IMG/VR virus record: IMGVR_UViG_3300032038_000021
Coordinates: 32,001-96,000 of that record
Length of the DNA stretch: 64,000 nucleotides
Direction: 5' to 3' (one strand)
Source: a virus
Taxonomy: Duplodnaviria; Caudoviricetes
Under the pieces are notes generated by a model that made no database searches, was not told the DNA's origin, and was given only the letters and a program-made list of their open reading frames with translations. Shown here in pieces: positions 51,201-61,675 of this stretch. Every line of letters begins with the position of its first letter. Position 1 is the stretch's first letter. The position numbers were made by a program, and so were the translations under genes.

Positions 51201-54200
51201 GTTAATCTGCTGATTAGCACTATCATTAGTTGCTTTGGTAGCTGCAGCAGCAGTAGCACTACTATTAAGCTTACCGTCTAATGCAGATTTAATAGCACTC
51301 TGTGTCATGGTACCATCTGTAGCAGTTCCAGTGGAAGTATATAACTTGGTTAAACCAGCAGATGTTGATGTACCTGTAGCATATGTAGTATTATTATCGG
51401 TATCTTGAGTGGTAATGGTAAATGTAGACCCATCGCCCTTAGTAAAGGTAACCACCTTGCCAGATACAGACGCAGCTTTAATATAAGTAGTATTAATTAC
51501 ATTACCACCACCATCTTTTGTAGCTGCAGTTGCAGTAGCATCAGCATTCAATTTGCCGTCTAATGCAGACTTAATAGCAGATTGTGTCATCGTACCATCT
51601 GTATTGGCTCCAGTACCAGCATAAAGCTTAGTCAGTCCAGAAGATGTAGAAGTACCAGTTCCATAAGTGGTATTGCTATCCTGAGTAGTAATGCTAAACG
51701 TGGCTCCGTCACCCTTAGTAAAGGTAACAGTTCTTCCACTAGCACTAGCATTCTTGATATAAGTGGTATTAATCTGCTGATTAGCACTATCGTTGGTAGC
51801 CTTAGTTGCAGCTGCTGCAGTAGCACCACTATCAAGCTTACCGTCTAATGCAGATTTGATAGCAGCTTGTGTCATAGTACCGTCTGTAGCTGTTCCGGTA
51901 TTAGTATATAACTTGGTTAATCCAGCAGTTCCTGATGTACCAGTAGCATACGTGGTATTATTATCAGTATCTTGAGTTGTAATACTGAAAGTGGCTCCGT
52001 CACCTTTCGTAAACGTAACCACCTTACCAGATACGGTAGCATTCTTAATATAAGTGGTATTAATGGTATTTCCACCACTATCTTTAGCAGCTGCAGTAGC
52101 CGTTCCGCCAGTATTAAGCTTGCCGTCTAATGCAGACTTAATGGCGTTCTGCGTCATCGTACCGTCTGTAGCAGTTCCGGTACTAGTATAAAGCTTAGTC
52201 AATCCAGCAGAGGTAGAAGAACCAGTACCATAAGTGGTATTATTATCTTGAGTAGTGATACTAAACGTAGATCCGTCATTCTTAGTAAATGTAACAGTTC
52301 TACCAGATACAGAAGCGTTTACAATACCAGCATTCAAGATGTCGGTCAATTCCTTCTGTCTAATAGTACCGTCTGTATTAGCTCCAGTACCATCATACAG
52401 TTTAGTCAATCCTGTAGCTGCTGTTGTACCCGTACCATATGTGGTATTACTATCTTGAGTAGTAATACTAAACGTAGCTCCGTCACCCTTAGTAAAGGTA
52501 ACAGTTCTTCCATTAACACTAGCATTCTTAATATAAGTGCTATTGATAGTATTACCACCACTATCCTTAGTTGCAGAAGCGACAGCACCATTAGCGATAG
52601 CATTTGTAATAGCACTCTGTGTCATGGTACCATCGGTATTAGAACCAGTACCAGTATAAAGCTTAGTTAATCCAGAACTAGTAGAAGTACCAGTAGCATA
52701 TGTAGTGTTATTATCGGTATCCTGAGTCTCTATAGAGAAAGTAGACCCATCACCCTTAGTAAACGTTACTACTTTACCAGAAACTTCAGCATTCTTGATA
52801 TATGTAGTAGTAATCTGCTGATTAGCACTATCCTTGGTAGCTTTGGTAGCAGCTGCTGCAGTAGCACTACTATTAAGCTTACCGTCTAATGCAGATTTAA
52901 TAGCACTCTGTGTCATTGTGCCATCTGTGTTAGAACCAGTACCAGTATAAAGCTTAGTCAAACCAGCACTAGTAGAAGTACCTGTAGCGTAAGTAGTATT
53001 ATTATCTGTATCCTGAGTGGTGATAGTAAATGTACTTCCGTCACCCTTGGTAAACGTAACTACTTTACCAGAAACTTCAGCACTCTTTATATATGTAGAA
53101 TCAATAACCTGATCTTTATTATCTTTATTAGCAGCTGCTGCTGTAGCTGTACTATCAAGCTTACTATTAATAAGAGTAGATAATTCTTTCTGTCTAATAG
53201 TACCATCTGTATTAGTTCCAGTAGCAGCATACAGTTTTGTTAATCCGGTAGCTGCTGTTGTACCTGTAGCATACGTAGTATTGCTGTCTTGAGTACTAAT
53301 AGTAAACGTGCTATTATCACCCTTAGTAAATGTAACTGTTTTACCTGATACAGAAGCGTTCTTGATATAAGTGGTATTAATGGTATTACCACCACTATCC
53401 TTTGTAGCAGCTGCAGCAGTACCACTGGTGCTAAGCTTACCGTCTAATTGACTCTTAATGGCAGCTTGTGTCATTGTGCCATCTGTATTAGAACCAGTAC
53501 CGGTGTATAACTTGGTTAATCCAGCAACCGCTGTTGTACCAACTGCATAAGTAGTATTATTGTCTGTATCCTGAGTAGTGATACTAAATGTAGAGCCGTC
53601 ACCCTTGGTGAAAGTAACCACCTTACCAGCAACTGTAGCATTCTTGATATAAGTAGTATTAATCTGCTGATTAGCACTATCATTAGTAGCCTTAGTAGCA
53701 GCCACAGCAGTAGCATCAGCATTCAATTTACTATTAATAAGAGTAGATAATTCGCTTTGTCTAATAGTACCATCGGTATTTGTACCAGTTGTACTATAAA
53801 GCTTAGCCAATCCAGTTGCTGCTGTTGTACCAGTGCCATACGTGGTATTATTATCTTGAGTGGTGATACTGAACGTAGAACCGTCACCCTTGGTAAACGT
53901 AACTACTTTACCAGAAACTTCAGCATTCTTGATGTAAGTGGTATTAATGGTATTACCACCACTATCCTTTGTAGCAGAAGCAACAGCACCATTACTAATA
54001 GCACTTGTAATAGCACTTTGTGTCATGGTACCATCGGTATTAGAACCAGTACCAGTATAAAGCTTAGTCAAACCTGCAACTGCAGTTGTACCCGTAGCAT
54101 ATGTGGTATTACTATCCTGAGTACTAATAGAGAACGTACTACCATCTTTCTTAGTAAACGTAACAGTTCTACCAGATACAGAAGCGTTTACAATACCAGC

Positions 54201-55859
54201 ATTTAAGAGATCTGTCAATTCCTTCTGTCTAATAGTACCGTCTGTATTAGATCCAGTACTGGTGTATAACTTAGTTAATCCAGAACTAGTAGAAGTACCA
54301 GTAGCATAAGTAGTATTATTGTCAGTATCCTGAGTGGTAATACTGAAAGTACTACCATTTTTCTTAGTAAATGTAACTACTCGACCGCTTACTGTAGCAT
54401 TGACAATATTATTATCGGTAGCATTAGTTATAGCTGTATCTGTTTGAGTGCTAGTATAATATCCAGACAGATCTACGTCAGTAAATCCAATCTCTTCATA
54501 CATAGAATCACTCTCAATCCAGAGATATTCTACATACCTATTACTTCCACTAGATTCTTCAGGTACAAAATATATTGTATGAGAAGCACCGGTAGTTGGA
54601 AGATCACTAGCGCTAGTACAGACAACAACTTCAAAGCTATTAATATTACCAATCTTAGTATTAAGATCGTTATAAGCAGAACTTATAGCATCACTAATAG
54701 CCTTTCTTGTCATAGTACCATCGGTATTAGATCCAGTACTAGTATATAATTTGGTCAAACCAGCAACTGCTGTTGTACCGGTACCATAAGTAGTATTATT
54801 ATCCTGAGTAGTGATATTGAAAGTACTTCCGTCACCCTTAGTAAAGGTAACTACTTTTCCAGATACAGAAGCACTCTTAATATAGGTACTATCAATAACC
54901 TGATCTTTATTATCCTTATTAGCCGCTACTGCTGTAGCAGTACTATTAAGCTTAGTATCAAAAATATTCTTAAGAGCATTCTGGTTAATTGTACCGTCTG
55001 TATTAGATCCAACACTGTTATACAACTTGGTTAATCCAGCAGTAGTAGAAGTACCAGTAGCATATGTAGTGTTGTCATTGGTATCTTTAGTAGTTATTGT
55101 AAACGTAGATCCGTCACCTCTAGTAAAGGTAACCAAAGTTCCGTTTACACTTGCATTCTTTATATATGTAGAATCAATAACCTGATCTTTATTATCCTTA
55201 TTAGCCGCTACTGCAGTAGCGGTACTATTAAGCTTACCGTCTAACTGACTCTTAATAGCACCCTGTGTCATCGTACCATCGGTGTTAGAACCGGTAGTAG
55301 TGTATAATTTAGTCAATCCAGCAACTGCTGTTGTACCAGTACCGTAAGTAGTATTATTATCCTGGGTTTCTATAGAGAAAGTAGATCCGTCACCCTTAGT
55401 AAATGTAACCTTTTTTCCAGATACACTAGCATCCTTGATATAAGTGGTATTAATCTGCTGATTATCGCTGTCACTGATAGCAGAATCTACAGGAGTATTC
55501 TTATCAACCTTATTATCAAGAGCACTAGAAATAGCTTTCTGCGTCATGGTACCATCTGTATTTGTACCACTGGCACCATACAATTTAACTAATCCGAGAT
55601 TAGAATTTGTTGCCTGACTATAAGTTGTATCATGAACAGTAAGAGTCTTCTTATTACCACCACCATCGGTATAAGTAATAATATTATTATTTATAGAAAG
55701 ATTACTAATATACTCAGTAATATCCTTTCCGTTCTTATCCTTATAGGCAATAGTAGCCTTTTCACTATTTCCATCGAGATAGCCAACGAAAGTAGAACCG
55801 TAAGTCTTTCCTATAAATCTAGAAGAACCACTTACTATCAAATCTTTAAATTGTGCCAT
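48288..55859 (-). CDS. Giant Thr-rich repeat tail-fibre protein (about 2520 aa)
   Basis: About 27 tandem 70-95 aa repeats of the same unit as 42831-46976; start placed at MAQFKDL after a GGAGA RBS. Confidence 0.85.
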   Translation of the reverse strand: MAQFKDLIVSGSSRFIGKTYGSTFVGYLDGNSEKATIAYKDKNGKDITEYISNLSINNNIITYTDGGGNKKTLTVHDTTYSQATNSNLGLVKLYGASGTNTDGTMTQKAISSALDNKVDKNTPVDSAISDSDNQQINTTYIKDASVSGKKVTFTKGDGSTFSIETQDNNTTYGTGTTAVAGLTKLYTTTGSNTDGTMTQGAIKSQLDGKLNSTATAVAANKDNKDQVIDSTYIKNASVNGTLVTFTRGDGSTFTITTKDTNDNTTYATGTSTTAGLTKLYNSVGSNTDGTINQNALKNIFDTKLNSTATAVAANKDNKDQVIDSTYIKSASVSGKVVTFTKGDGSTFNITTQDNNTTYGTGTTAVAGLTKLYTSTGSNTDGTMTRKAISDAISSAYNDLNTKIGNINSFEVVVCTSASDLPTTGASHTIYFVPEESSGSNRYVEYLWIESDSMYEEIGFTDVDLSGYYTSTQTDTAITNATDNNIVNATVSGRVVTFTKKNGSTFSITTQDTDNNTTYATGTSTSSGLTKLYTSTGSNTDGTIRQKELTDLLNAGIVNASVSGRTVTFTKKDGSTFSISTQDSNTTYATGTTAVAGLTKLYTGTGSNTDGTMTQSAITSAISNGAVASATKDSGGNTINTTYIKNAEVSGKVVTFTKGDGSTFSITTQDNNTTYGTGTTAATGLAKLYSTTGTNTDGTIRQSELSTLINSKLNADATAVAATKATNDSANQQINTTYIKNATVAGKVVTFTKGDGSTFSITTQDTDNNTTYAVGTTAVAGLTKLYTGTGSNTDGTMTQAAIKSQLDGKLSTSGTAAAATKDSGGNTINTTYIKNASVSGKTVTFTKGDNSTFTISTQDSNTTYATGTTAATGLTKLYAATGTNTDGTIRQKELSTLINSKLDSTATAAAANKDNKDQVIDSTYIKSAEVSGKVVTFTKGDGSTFTITTQDTDNNTTYATGTSTSAGLTKLYTGTGSNTDGTMTQSAIKSALDGKLNSSATAAAATKATKDSANQQITTTYIKNAEVSGKVVTFTKGDGSTFSIETQDTDNNTTYATGTSTSSGLTKLYTGTGSNTDGTMTQSAITNAIANGAVASATKDSGGNTINSTYIKNASVNGRTVTFTKGDGATFSITTQDSNTTYGTGTTAATGLTKLYDGTGANTDGTIRQKELTDILNAGIVNASVSGRTVTFTKNDGSTFSITTQDNNTTYGTGSSTSAGLTKLYTSTGTATDGTMTQNAIKSALDGKLNTGGTATAAAKDSGGNTINTTYIKNATVSGKVVTFTKGDGATFSITTQDTDNNTTYATGTSGTAGLTKLYTNTGTATDGTMTQAAIKSALDGKLDSGATAAAATKATNDSANQQINTTYIKNASASGRTVTFTKGDGATFSITTQDSNTTYGTGTSTSSGLTKLYAGTGANTDGTMTQSAIKSALDGKLNADATATAATKDGGGNVINTTYIKAASVSGKVVTFTKGDGSTFTITTQDTDNNTTYATGTSTSAGLTKLYTSTGTATDGTMTQSAIKSALDGKLNSSATAAAATKATNDSANQQINTTYIKNATVAGKVVTFTKGDGSTFSITTQDTDHNTTYATGTTAATGLTKLYAATGANTDGTIRQKELTDILNANITNASASGRTVTFTKADGSTFSITTQDNNTTYGTGTTAAAGLTKLYTTTGTNTDGTMTQNAIKSALDGKLGTGGTAAAATKDSGGNTINTTYIKNATVAGKVVTFTKGDGSTFSITTQDTDHNTTYATGTTAATGLTKLYAATGANTDGTIRQKELTDILNANIVNASVSGKVVTFTKGDGSTFTITTQDTDNNTTYATGTSTSAGLTKLYTGTGTNTDGTMTQKAIKSALDGKLGTGGTAAAATKATNDSANQQINTTYIKNASASGKTVTFTKGDGSTFSITTQDTNTTYGTGTTAATGLTKLYAATGSNTDGTIRQKELSDILNANITNASVSGRTVTFTKADGSTFSITTQDNNTTYGTGTTAATGLTKLYTTTGTATDGTMTQNAIKSALDGKLNSSATATAATKDSGGNTINTTYIKTASASGRTVTFTKGNGSTFSITTQDSNTTYGTGTTAAAGLTKLYDATGTATDGTMTQSAITSAITNGAVASATKDSADQQITTTYIKNATVSGKVVTFTKGDGSTFSITTQDTNTNTTYSTGTTATAGLTKLYTATGTNTDGTMTQSAIKSALDGKLNSSATAAAATKATKDSANQQITTTYIKNATVSGKVVTFTKGDGSTFSITTQDTDTNTTYSTGTSTSAGLTKLYTGTGSNTDGTMTQSAIKSALDGKLGTGGTAAAATKDSGGNTINTTYIKNASVSGKVVTFTKGDGSTFTITTQDTDNNTTYATGTTAATGLTKLYATTGTATDGTIRQKELSTLINGKLNSTATAAAATKDSGGNTINTTYIKNASVSGKVITFTKGDGSTFSITTQDTNTTYGTGTTATAGLTKLYTTTGTATDGTMTQKAIKSQLDSKLSTSGTAASAKVLNNSTSSNSLGTNVLIDFGDEG

Positions 55860-55953
55860 AATGAAAAGCCTATCTCCTTTCCATCTGTTGTTTATACAAA
55901 AGGGTAGATGTATAAAATACATCTACCCAATATATTAAACTACAGATTTATTT

Positions 55954-56319
55954 TCACGAGATCATTTCCCAATTTGCTGCAGATTCCAAATCAGAAACCC
56001 TACCAGCAAGAATGACACCCTGATTGGCAGATAAAGCAGCAGTAGCATCAGCAGTAAGCAGATCGTCTGCTACAGCAACATGAGTATCCTGGGTCTCGAA
56101 TGAAAATGTAGAACCGTCACCCTTAGTAAAGGTAACAACCTTACCAGATACACTAGCATTCTTAATATATGTAGAAGTAATAGCCTGTCCGAGTGCATCC
56201 TGTGTAGCCTTGGTAGCAGTATCAGCATTACCGATAATATTACCAACAAAATTCTTAGCATAAACGTTATCAAGTACTCTGGTAGTTCCAAATACCAGTA
56301 ATTCCTTAAACTGAGCCAT
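55954..56319 (-). CDS. Short fibre-related protein with one repeat unit
   Basis: MAQFKELLVFG N-terminus resembles the giant fibre; one YIKNASVSGKVVTFTKGDG unit. Confidence 0.75.
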   Translation of the reverse strand: MAQFKELLVFGTTRVLDNVYAKNFVGNIIGNADTATKATQDALGQAITSTYIKNASVSGKVVTFTKGDGSTFSFETQDTHVAVADDLLTADATAALSANQGVILAGRVSDLESAANWEMIS

Positions 56320-56360
56320 GAATTCTGGTCTCCTTTCATTAATTTTTAATTCTATAAAAA

Positions 56361-58193
56361 TTATACTTCGTACATGTCTACAGCACAAATCTTGTCACTG
56401 GAGACACTAAATCTAGATACGTCGTTTGTAGAAACCGATTCATTATTTATAGGTGTACTGAATACTGTAAATTCAGAACCCTTAATTACGCCGTTCTTTG
56501 ATATAGACAGCTTTTCACCATTTCCAACAATCTCATTACTATAAAGCTTACCAGTATCATCTACAGCAAATCTATTATGAACCAGAGAATCAATCTGATC
56601 AGCAGTCATTGATATAGCGTAGATTCTGAAATCAGACAGTAAGCCATTATAGTTATAATTGTTAGAATTATCCCAACCGTTGATATAGAGCTTAGATCTA
56701 CCAAGAGCAAAATACTTACTCGTAGATCCAATCAGAACACCGTCAATATATAAAGTATTTACACTACCATCTCCGGTAATAGCAAAGTGATGCCATTCAC
56801 CAGTATAACTAGATACGGAAACACCTTCACCAAACGGAACCTGAGATCCAGCATCTGTATCATAGATACCGAATACTCCACCAATAGTAGAGAAATTGAA
56901 TCTAGGATTCGTATTAAATCCGAAAAGTATACCGTTCGTAAACGATGTAGTCTTAGCCCATACAGATATTGTATAATTGGTGAGATTATCAATATCTAAT
57001 ATAGGAGATTCAATATAAGAGTTATTAGAGAAATCATAAGATCCAGTATATATTCTAGAATCTTCCGTCCAAATCGGAGCAGGAGAACTCATTGTTCCGT
57101 CCAATCTATTACCAGAAACATCCTGTTCGCTCTTACCGATCTCATAATACTCATATTCAGGAGATCCTACCGGAGGAATCCAAGCAGTTGCTGTAGTTCC
57201 CTTTTCTAACTTAACAGCATAGAAATCAGCTTCTACATTAGTAACACCATCACTATAAATAATACCACCAAGATAATAAGTCCCAGCAGTATCAATCGTA
57301 ACAGTACCAAATCCACCAGTCATATTAACAAATATCCTGGAAGCTACAGTATCATTACTATCTAAAGTATATAACTCTAATGCTACAGGATATGCACTAG
57401 GATCACTATTAACAACACTAGCACCAGAACTACTATTACTAGCAACCCAAGTACCAGAAGTCTCAGCAGATAATGTATAAGTATCTGCTTCTAATACAGC
57501 ATACATAGAATTATTCTCTACACGATTGACCTTATCTACTCCACTCACATGAAGTACAGCAGCAGATCCAACCATGAGATTAACGTTTCCTAAACCATTA
57601 TGGTTAAAGGTATAATTCAACGCTAATCCAAGAGACATATTCTGCAACTCTCTTGTCGATATAATATAATTATATAACTTTACGTCCTGGATATATCCAT
57701 CCCATCCGTTAGTTCCATTCGATCTTTGTCCAATATAAATATCTGATGCAGCAAAAGTAGAAAGTTGAGCGACTTCAGTAACGAGTTCTCCATTAACGTA
57801 AGCCTTTACAAAACGTCCATCGGCGGTGATAGCTACGTGGCTCCATTCACCGTCATTAATAGCAAAAATGGTGGTATTATCAGCAACAATACTACCACCA
57901 TTCATCTTATACGTTCTTGTATCGGAACCCAGATCAATCCTATCTCCATTTGTACCAAGCTCAATAAGAGTTGTAGACATTGCCGGAGAGTCGGGCTTAA
58001 CCCACATGGTTAATGTAAACACAGACGGAAACGAAGCGATATGAACATCTACCGCTCCGTCTCCAGATTTAAAGCACTTACTTCCGAATAATCCAGAAGC
58101 GTACATAATCGATCCAATCGACTGTACTTGTGCGTCGCTCAAGCCGTAGTTATCAGTATTGCCGCTCAGAGGTAACCAAACCTTTAGAGCCAT
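56361..58193 (-). CDS. LamG/concanavalin-A-like lectin domain tail protein (two LamG domains)
   Basis: FTLTMWVK..WSHVAIT..YVNG..IQDVKLYN and TISVWAK..WHHFAIT..LYIDG..LSDFRIY. Confidence 0.85.
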   Translation of the reverse strand: MALKVWLPLSGNTDNYGLSDAQVQSIGSIMYASGLFGSKCFKSGDGAVDVHIASFPSVFTLTMWVKPDSPAMSTTLIELGTNGDRIDLGSDTRTYKMNGGSIVADNTTIFAINDGEWSHVAITADGRFVKAYVNGELVTEVAQLSTFAASDIYIGQRSNGTNGWDGYIQDVKLYNYIISTRELQNMSLGLALNYTFNHNGLGNVNLMVGSAAVLHVSGVDKVNRVENNSMYAVLEADTYTLSAETSGTWVASNSSSGASVVNSDPSAYPVALELYTLDSNDTVASRIFVNMTGGFGTVTIDTAGTYYLGGIIYSDGVTNVEADFYAVKLEKGTTATAWIPPVGSPEYEYYEIGKSEQDVSGNRLDGTMSSPAPIWTEDSRIYTGSYDFSNNSYIESPILDIDNLTNYTISVWAKTTSFTNGILFGFNTNPRFNFSTIGGVFGIYDTDAGSQVPFGEGVSVSSYTGEWHHFAITGDGSVNTLYIDGVLIGSTSKYFALGRSKLYINGWDNSNNYNYNGLLSDFRIYAISMTADQIDSLVHNRFAVDDTGKLYSNEIVGNGEKLSISKNGVIKGSEFTVFSTPINNESVSTNDVSRFSVSSDKICAVDMYEV

Positions 58194-58219
58194 ATTTAAG
58201 CAACCTCCTATTTCTATGA

Positions 58220-61200
58220 TTAGAAATTAACGACAAGAGATTCTGAATTTGTATCAAACGTAAGAGTAGCAGCACCGAGCTTAATAGAATTAATAGCTAA
58301 TTGTCCAGTAGACGGATTCACCTTAACTCCAGAAGCATACTCTACAGCATCCTTATCATGACTTGCAAGAAGCAATTCACGCTCTTCATTAGCCGAAGTA
58401 GCCGTTACTACTACATTATCAGCAGCACCATTCTCGGTCTGAGAACCAGCATACTTAAAATCATGAGAAGCAAGCTCAGTTTCAAGATTACCAGCTCTAG
58501 TCTCAAGAGCATCGATATCTCCTTCAGCAGTAGTAACACGAACTGCAAGAGAACCAGCTACACTACCATCGAGAGCATCTTCGATCGTACCAAGCCTACT
58601 AGCAATAGTACCATCGGTAGCGACATTATAAGTACCAATCTGACCCTCAATCGTATCGATATCGGATTCAGCAGTATCAAGCCTACCGTCAAGAGCTACA
58701 TCAGCAGCTTCAAGATTAGTAGCTCTAGTCTCAAGAGCATCGATATCTCCCTCAGCAGTAGTAACCCTGCCAGCAAGAGTCGTAGCAGCAGATTCTACAT
58801 TGGTGAATCTTGTAGCTACATCCGGATCATTCGCACCAGTCGGATAGTTACCCATCTGATCCTGGAGAGTATCGATCTCTCCCTCAGCAGTATCAAGACG
58901 ATCTGCAAGAGAAGTACCGTCACCACTACCAATAGCATCTTCAATATCAGAAAGTCTATCAGCGATAGAATCAGTATTAGCCGGATAAGTACCTACTGCA
59001 GTTTCAAGAGTCGTAACTCTTCCACTCAGAGCAGTATCAGCAGCCTTGTAAGCAGTATCCATAGCAGATACAGTACCGCTTAAAGTATCAATATTACCCT
59101 GGAGAGTAGTATCAGCACCTTCAAGAGTAGTCTTGATTGCATCTACCTGAGCCTTGGTGTAATAGTTATTGAAGTCAGCTTCGGTAACACCGACCTTCTC
59201 ATAAGCACCGGTCTTAACACCGTCTACTTCCTTCTCAACCCACATATACTCATCGTACTTATTAGCATTACCGGTAATAACATCCGGCTCTTCCGGTACG
59301 AAGTACAGAGTATAGAGAGCACCAGTTGCAGGCAGAGATTCACCAACTTCAAGTACAACAATCTCAAACTTGTTGATATTACCAACAGTCGTGGTAAGAG
59401 CAGCAAGATCACTAGCTACATTACCAATAGCTGTATCTGTAGCAGTCTTATAATTTTCAACCTTAGTATCAAGAGTAGAAACCTTACCCTCAATATCAGT
59501 CTCATTAGTAGATACAGTACCACTAAGTGTAGACAGATCGGTCTGAAGAGTAGCAACCTTAGCAGCAAGAGAATTTGCTACAGATGCATCAAGATCATCT
59601 TCTACAGTATCAAGTCTACCCTCAACAGCATCGATATCCGATTCAGCAGTAGTAACTCTACCAGCAAGAGTCGTAGCAGCAGATTCTACATTAGTGAACC
59701 TAGTAGCTACATCAGGATTAGTTCCACCAGTCGGGTAATTACCCATCTGAGTCTGGAGAGTATCAACTTCACCTTCAACAGCACCTACACGAGTAGCAAG
59801 ATCAGTACCATTACCAGTACCAATAGCATCCTCAATATCAGACAGTCTGGTAGTAATAGTATCTCCACCAGTCGGATAGTTACCAACAGCACCCTGAAGA
59901 GTTGCAATATTACCCTCATTAGCAGTAACCCTACCAGCAAGAGAAGTATCAGCACTCTCAAGAGAATCTAATCTCTGAGCGATGGTCTGAGTTCCAGCAG
60001 CAGTCGGATAAGCACCAACAGCAGTCTCAAGAGTAGTAGCTCTATTTGCCAGTGCAGCTTCTGCAGTATCAGAAGCGGTCTTATTAGCAGCTACAGTAGC
60101 GATAAGACCAATCTCATCCTCACCATCACCATTAAGAGCCTCTTCAAGAGCTCCAACTCTCGTAGTAAGAGAATCACCTTCTCCACCACTACCAATAGCA
60201 GCTTCTACAGCATCAAGACGACCAGCAAGAGCAGCCTCAGCATTATCAGAAGCGGTCTTATTAGCAGTTACAGTACCAGCAAGAGTAGTAATATTAGTAC
60301 TATTAGTATCAATATTACCTTGAAGTGTTGCAGAAATAGCATTTACTTCAGCCTTGGTGTAATAATTGAGGAAATCTACTGTAGAGTCAATACGCTCAAA
60401 GTGAGCAGGAATTACAGTAGCTTCTTCGCCTTCCTCAGCTGCAGGAATAGTATGCTGTGCAACGTGGATATATTCAGCATACTTCTTCGTATCTCCATCA
60501 AGACCAGATTCCGGTACGAAGTAAAGAGTATACTCATCGATGTTATCCTGCGGAAGAGCATCAACAATAGCCTTCTTGAAACGGTTGATAGTAGCAACAT
60601 CTGCTTCAAGAGTATCAAGATCAGTCTGAGTCTGATCGGTGATAGCCTTATTAGCAGTAACCGTACCGCTTAAGGTATCGATATTACCCTGAAGTGTAGT
60701 ATCAGCAGCCTTGTAAGCAGTATCCATAGCAGATACGGTACCTTCAAGAGTATCGATATTACCCTGAAGTGTAGTATCAGCTGCCTTATAAGCTGTATCA
60801 ATTGCACTAACAGTACCACTCAGAGTATCAATATTACCCTGAAGAGTAGTGTCAGCAGCCTTATAAGCAGTATCTAATGCACTGATAGAACTATTAATAG
60901 TGGTTTCCTTGGCATCAATCTCAGCCTTGGTATAATAGTTGCCAAAGTTAGCTTCGGTAGTACCGATATTTTCGTAATGACCACCATTATCCTCAGCTTC
61001 ATTTACAAACCAAATGTACTCATCGTACTTATTGTTATTGCCAGTAATAGTATCATTCGGAACAAAGTAAAGAATATTACTCTTACCCGGAACCGGCATA
61101 TCAGCAACAGCAGCAACAGTCCTTACTTCAAAACTATTGATACCATCGATGGTAGTCTTAATAGAAGTAATTTCTTCATTAATTGCAGCGTGCTCTGTTG

Positions 61201-61573
61201 CAGCAGCAGCCTTTGTCATATAGGTATCGACAATGCTATTTCCAGCACCATCGTTTGTAGCACTGGTAGCAGTTTCAGCATGAGCTACACTATCACCACC
61301 AACTACAGACCACTTATTTTCGGAAACACTGTACCAATACAGTGTATTAGTATCACTAGAAATATAAATCTTAGGAAGAATACTAGCAGCCGGTAAAGCA
61401 GCAATCTGCGATGCTGTCAATCCAGTAACAATTGATCCAAGATGGAGTCTAGAGTCGTTAATATCTACGTATAATTCGTTAGTATCAGTAACTCTGAGCG
61501 TACCGTTAGCTACAGACTTAGCAAGAGTCTTTGCCTTAGTACCGTAACTTGCTTTAATAAACAGATTACTCAT
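58220..61573 (-). CDS. Coiled-coil tail-fibre protein
   Basis: 1117 aa heptad repeats (LAGRVTTAE.DIDALE), three LYFVP..KY.EY modules, high-expression codon usage. Confidence 0.75.
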   Translation of the reverse strand: MSNLFIKASYGTKAKTLAKSVANGTLRVTDTNELYVDINDSRLHLGSIVTGLTASQIAALPAASILPKIYISSDTNTLYWYSVSENKWSVVGGDSVAHAETATSATNDGAGNSIVDTYMTKAAAATEHAAINEEITSIKTTIDGINSFEVRTVAAVADMPVPGKSNILYFVPNDTITGNNNKYDEYIWFVNEAEDNGGHYENIGTTEANFGNYYTKAEIDAKETTINSSISALDTAYKAADTTLQGNIDTLSGTVSAIDTAYKAADTTLQGNIDTLEGTVSAMDTAYKAADTTLQGNIDTLSGTVTANKAITDQTQTDLDTLEADVATINRFKKAIVDALPQDNIDEYTLYFVPESGLDGDTKKYAEYIHVAQHTIPAAEEGEEATVIPAHFERIDSTVDFLNYYTKAEVNAISATLQGNIDTNSTNITTLAGTVTANKTASDNAEAALAGRLDAVEAAIGSGGEGDSLTTRVGALEEALNGDGEDEIGLIATVAANKTASDTAEAALANRATTLETAVGAYPTAAGTQTIAQRLDSLESADTSLAGRVTANEGNIATLQGAVGNYPTGGDTITTRLSDIEDAIGTGNGTDLATRVGAVEGEVDTLQTQMGNYPTGGTNPDVATRFTNVESAATTLAGRVTTAESDIDAVEGRLDTVEDDLDASVANSLAAKVATLQTDLSTLSGTVSTNETDIEGKVSTLDTKVENYKTATDTAIGNVASDLAALTTTVGNINKFEIVVLEVGESLPATGALYTLYFVPEEPDVITGNANKYDEYMWVEKEVDGVKTGAYEKVGVTEADFNNYYTKAQVDAIKTTLEGADTTLQGNIDTLSGTVSAMDTAYKAADTALSGRVTTLETAVGTYPANTDSIADRLSDIEDAIGSGDGTSLADRLDTAEGEIDTLQDQMGNYPTGANDPDVATRFTNVESAATTLAGRVTTAEGDIDALETRATNLEAADVALDGRLDTAESDIDTIEGQIGTYNVATDGTIASRLGTIEDALDGSVAGSLAVRVTTAEGDIDALETRAGNLETELASHDFKYAGSQTENGAADNVVVTATSANEERELLLASHDKDAVEYASGVKVNPSTGQLAINSIKLGAATLTFDTNSESLVVNF

Positions 61574-61675
61574 CTCTTTTTATCGTTCCTTTCTATTTAT
61601 TTTTATTTAATTTTAAGAACTTAATATACCAAATATTATATAAATTTAATTAATTGTATAAAATTATCGACTAAA

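Noticed and set aside
42831-55859. CRISPR array or non-coding tandem repeats
   Set aside because: The repeats are in-frame protein repeats with synonymous variation and have no repeat-spacer structure; no cas genes are seen.
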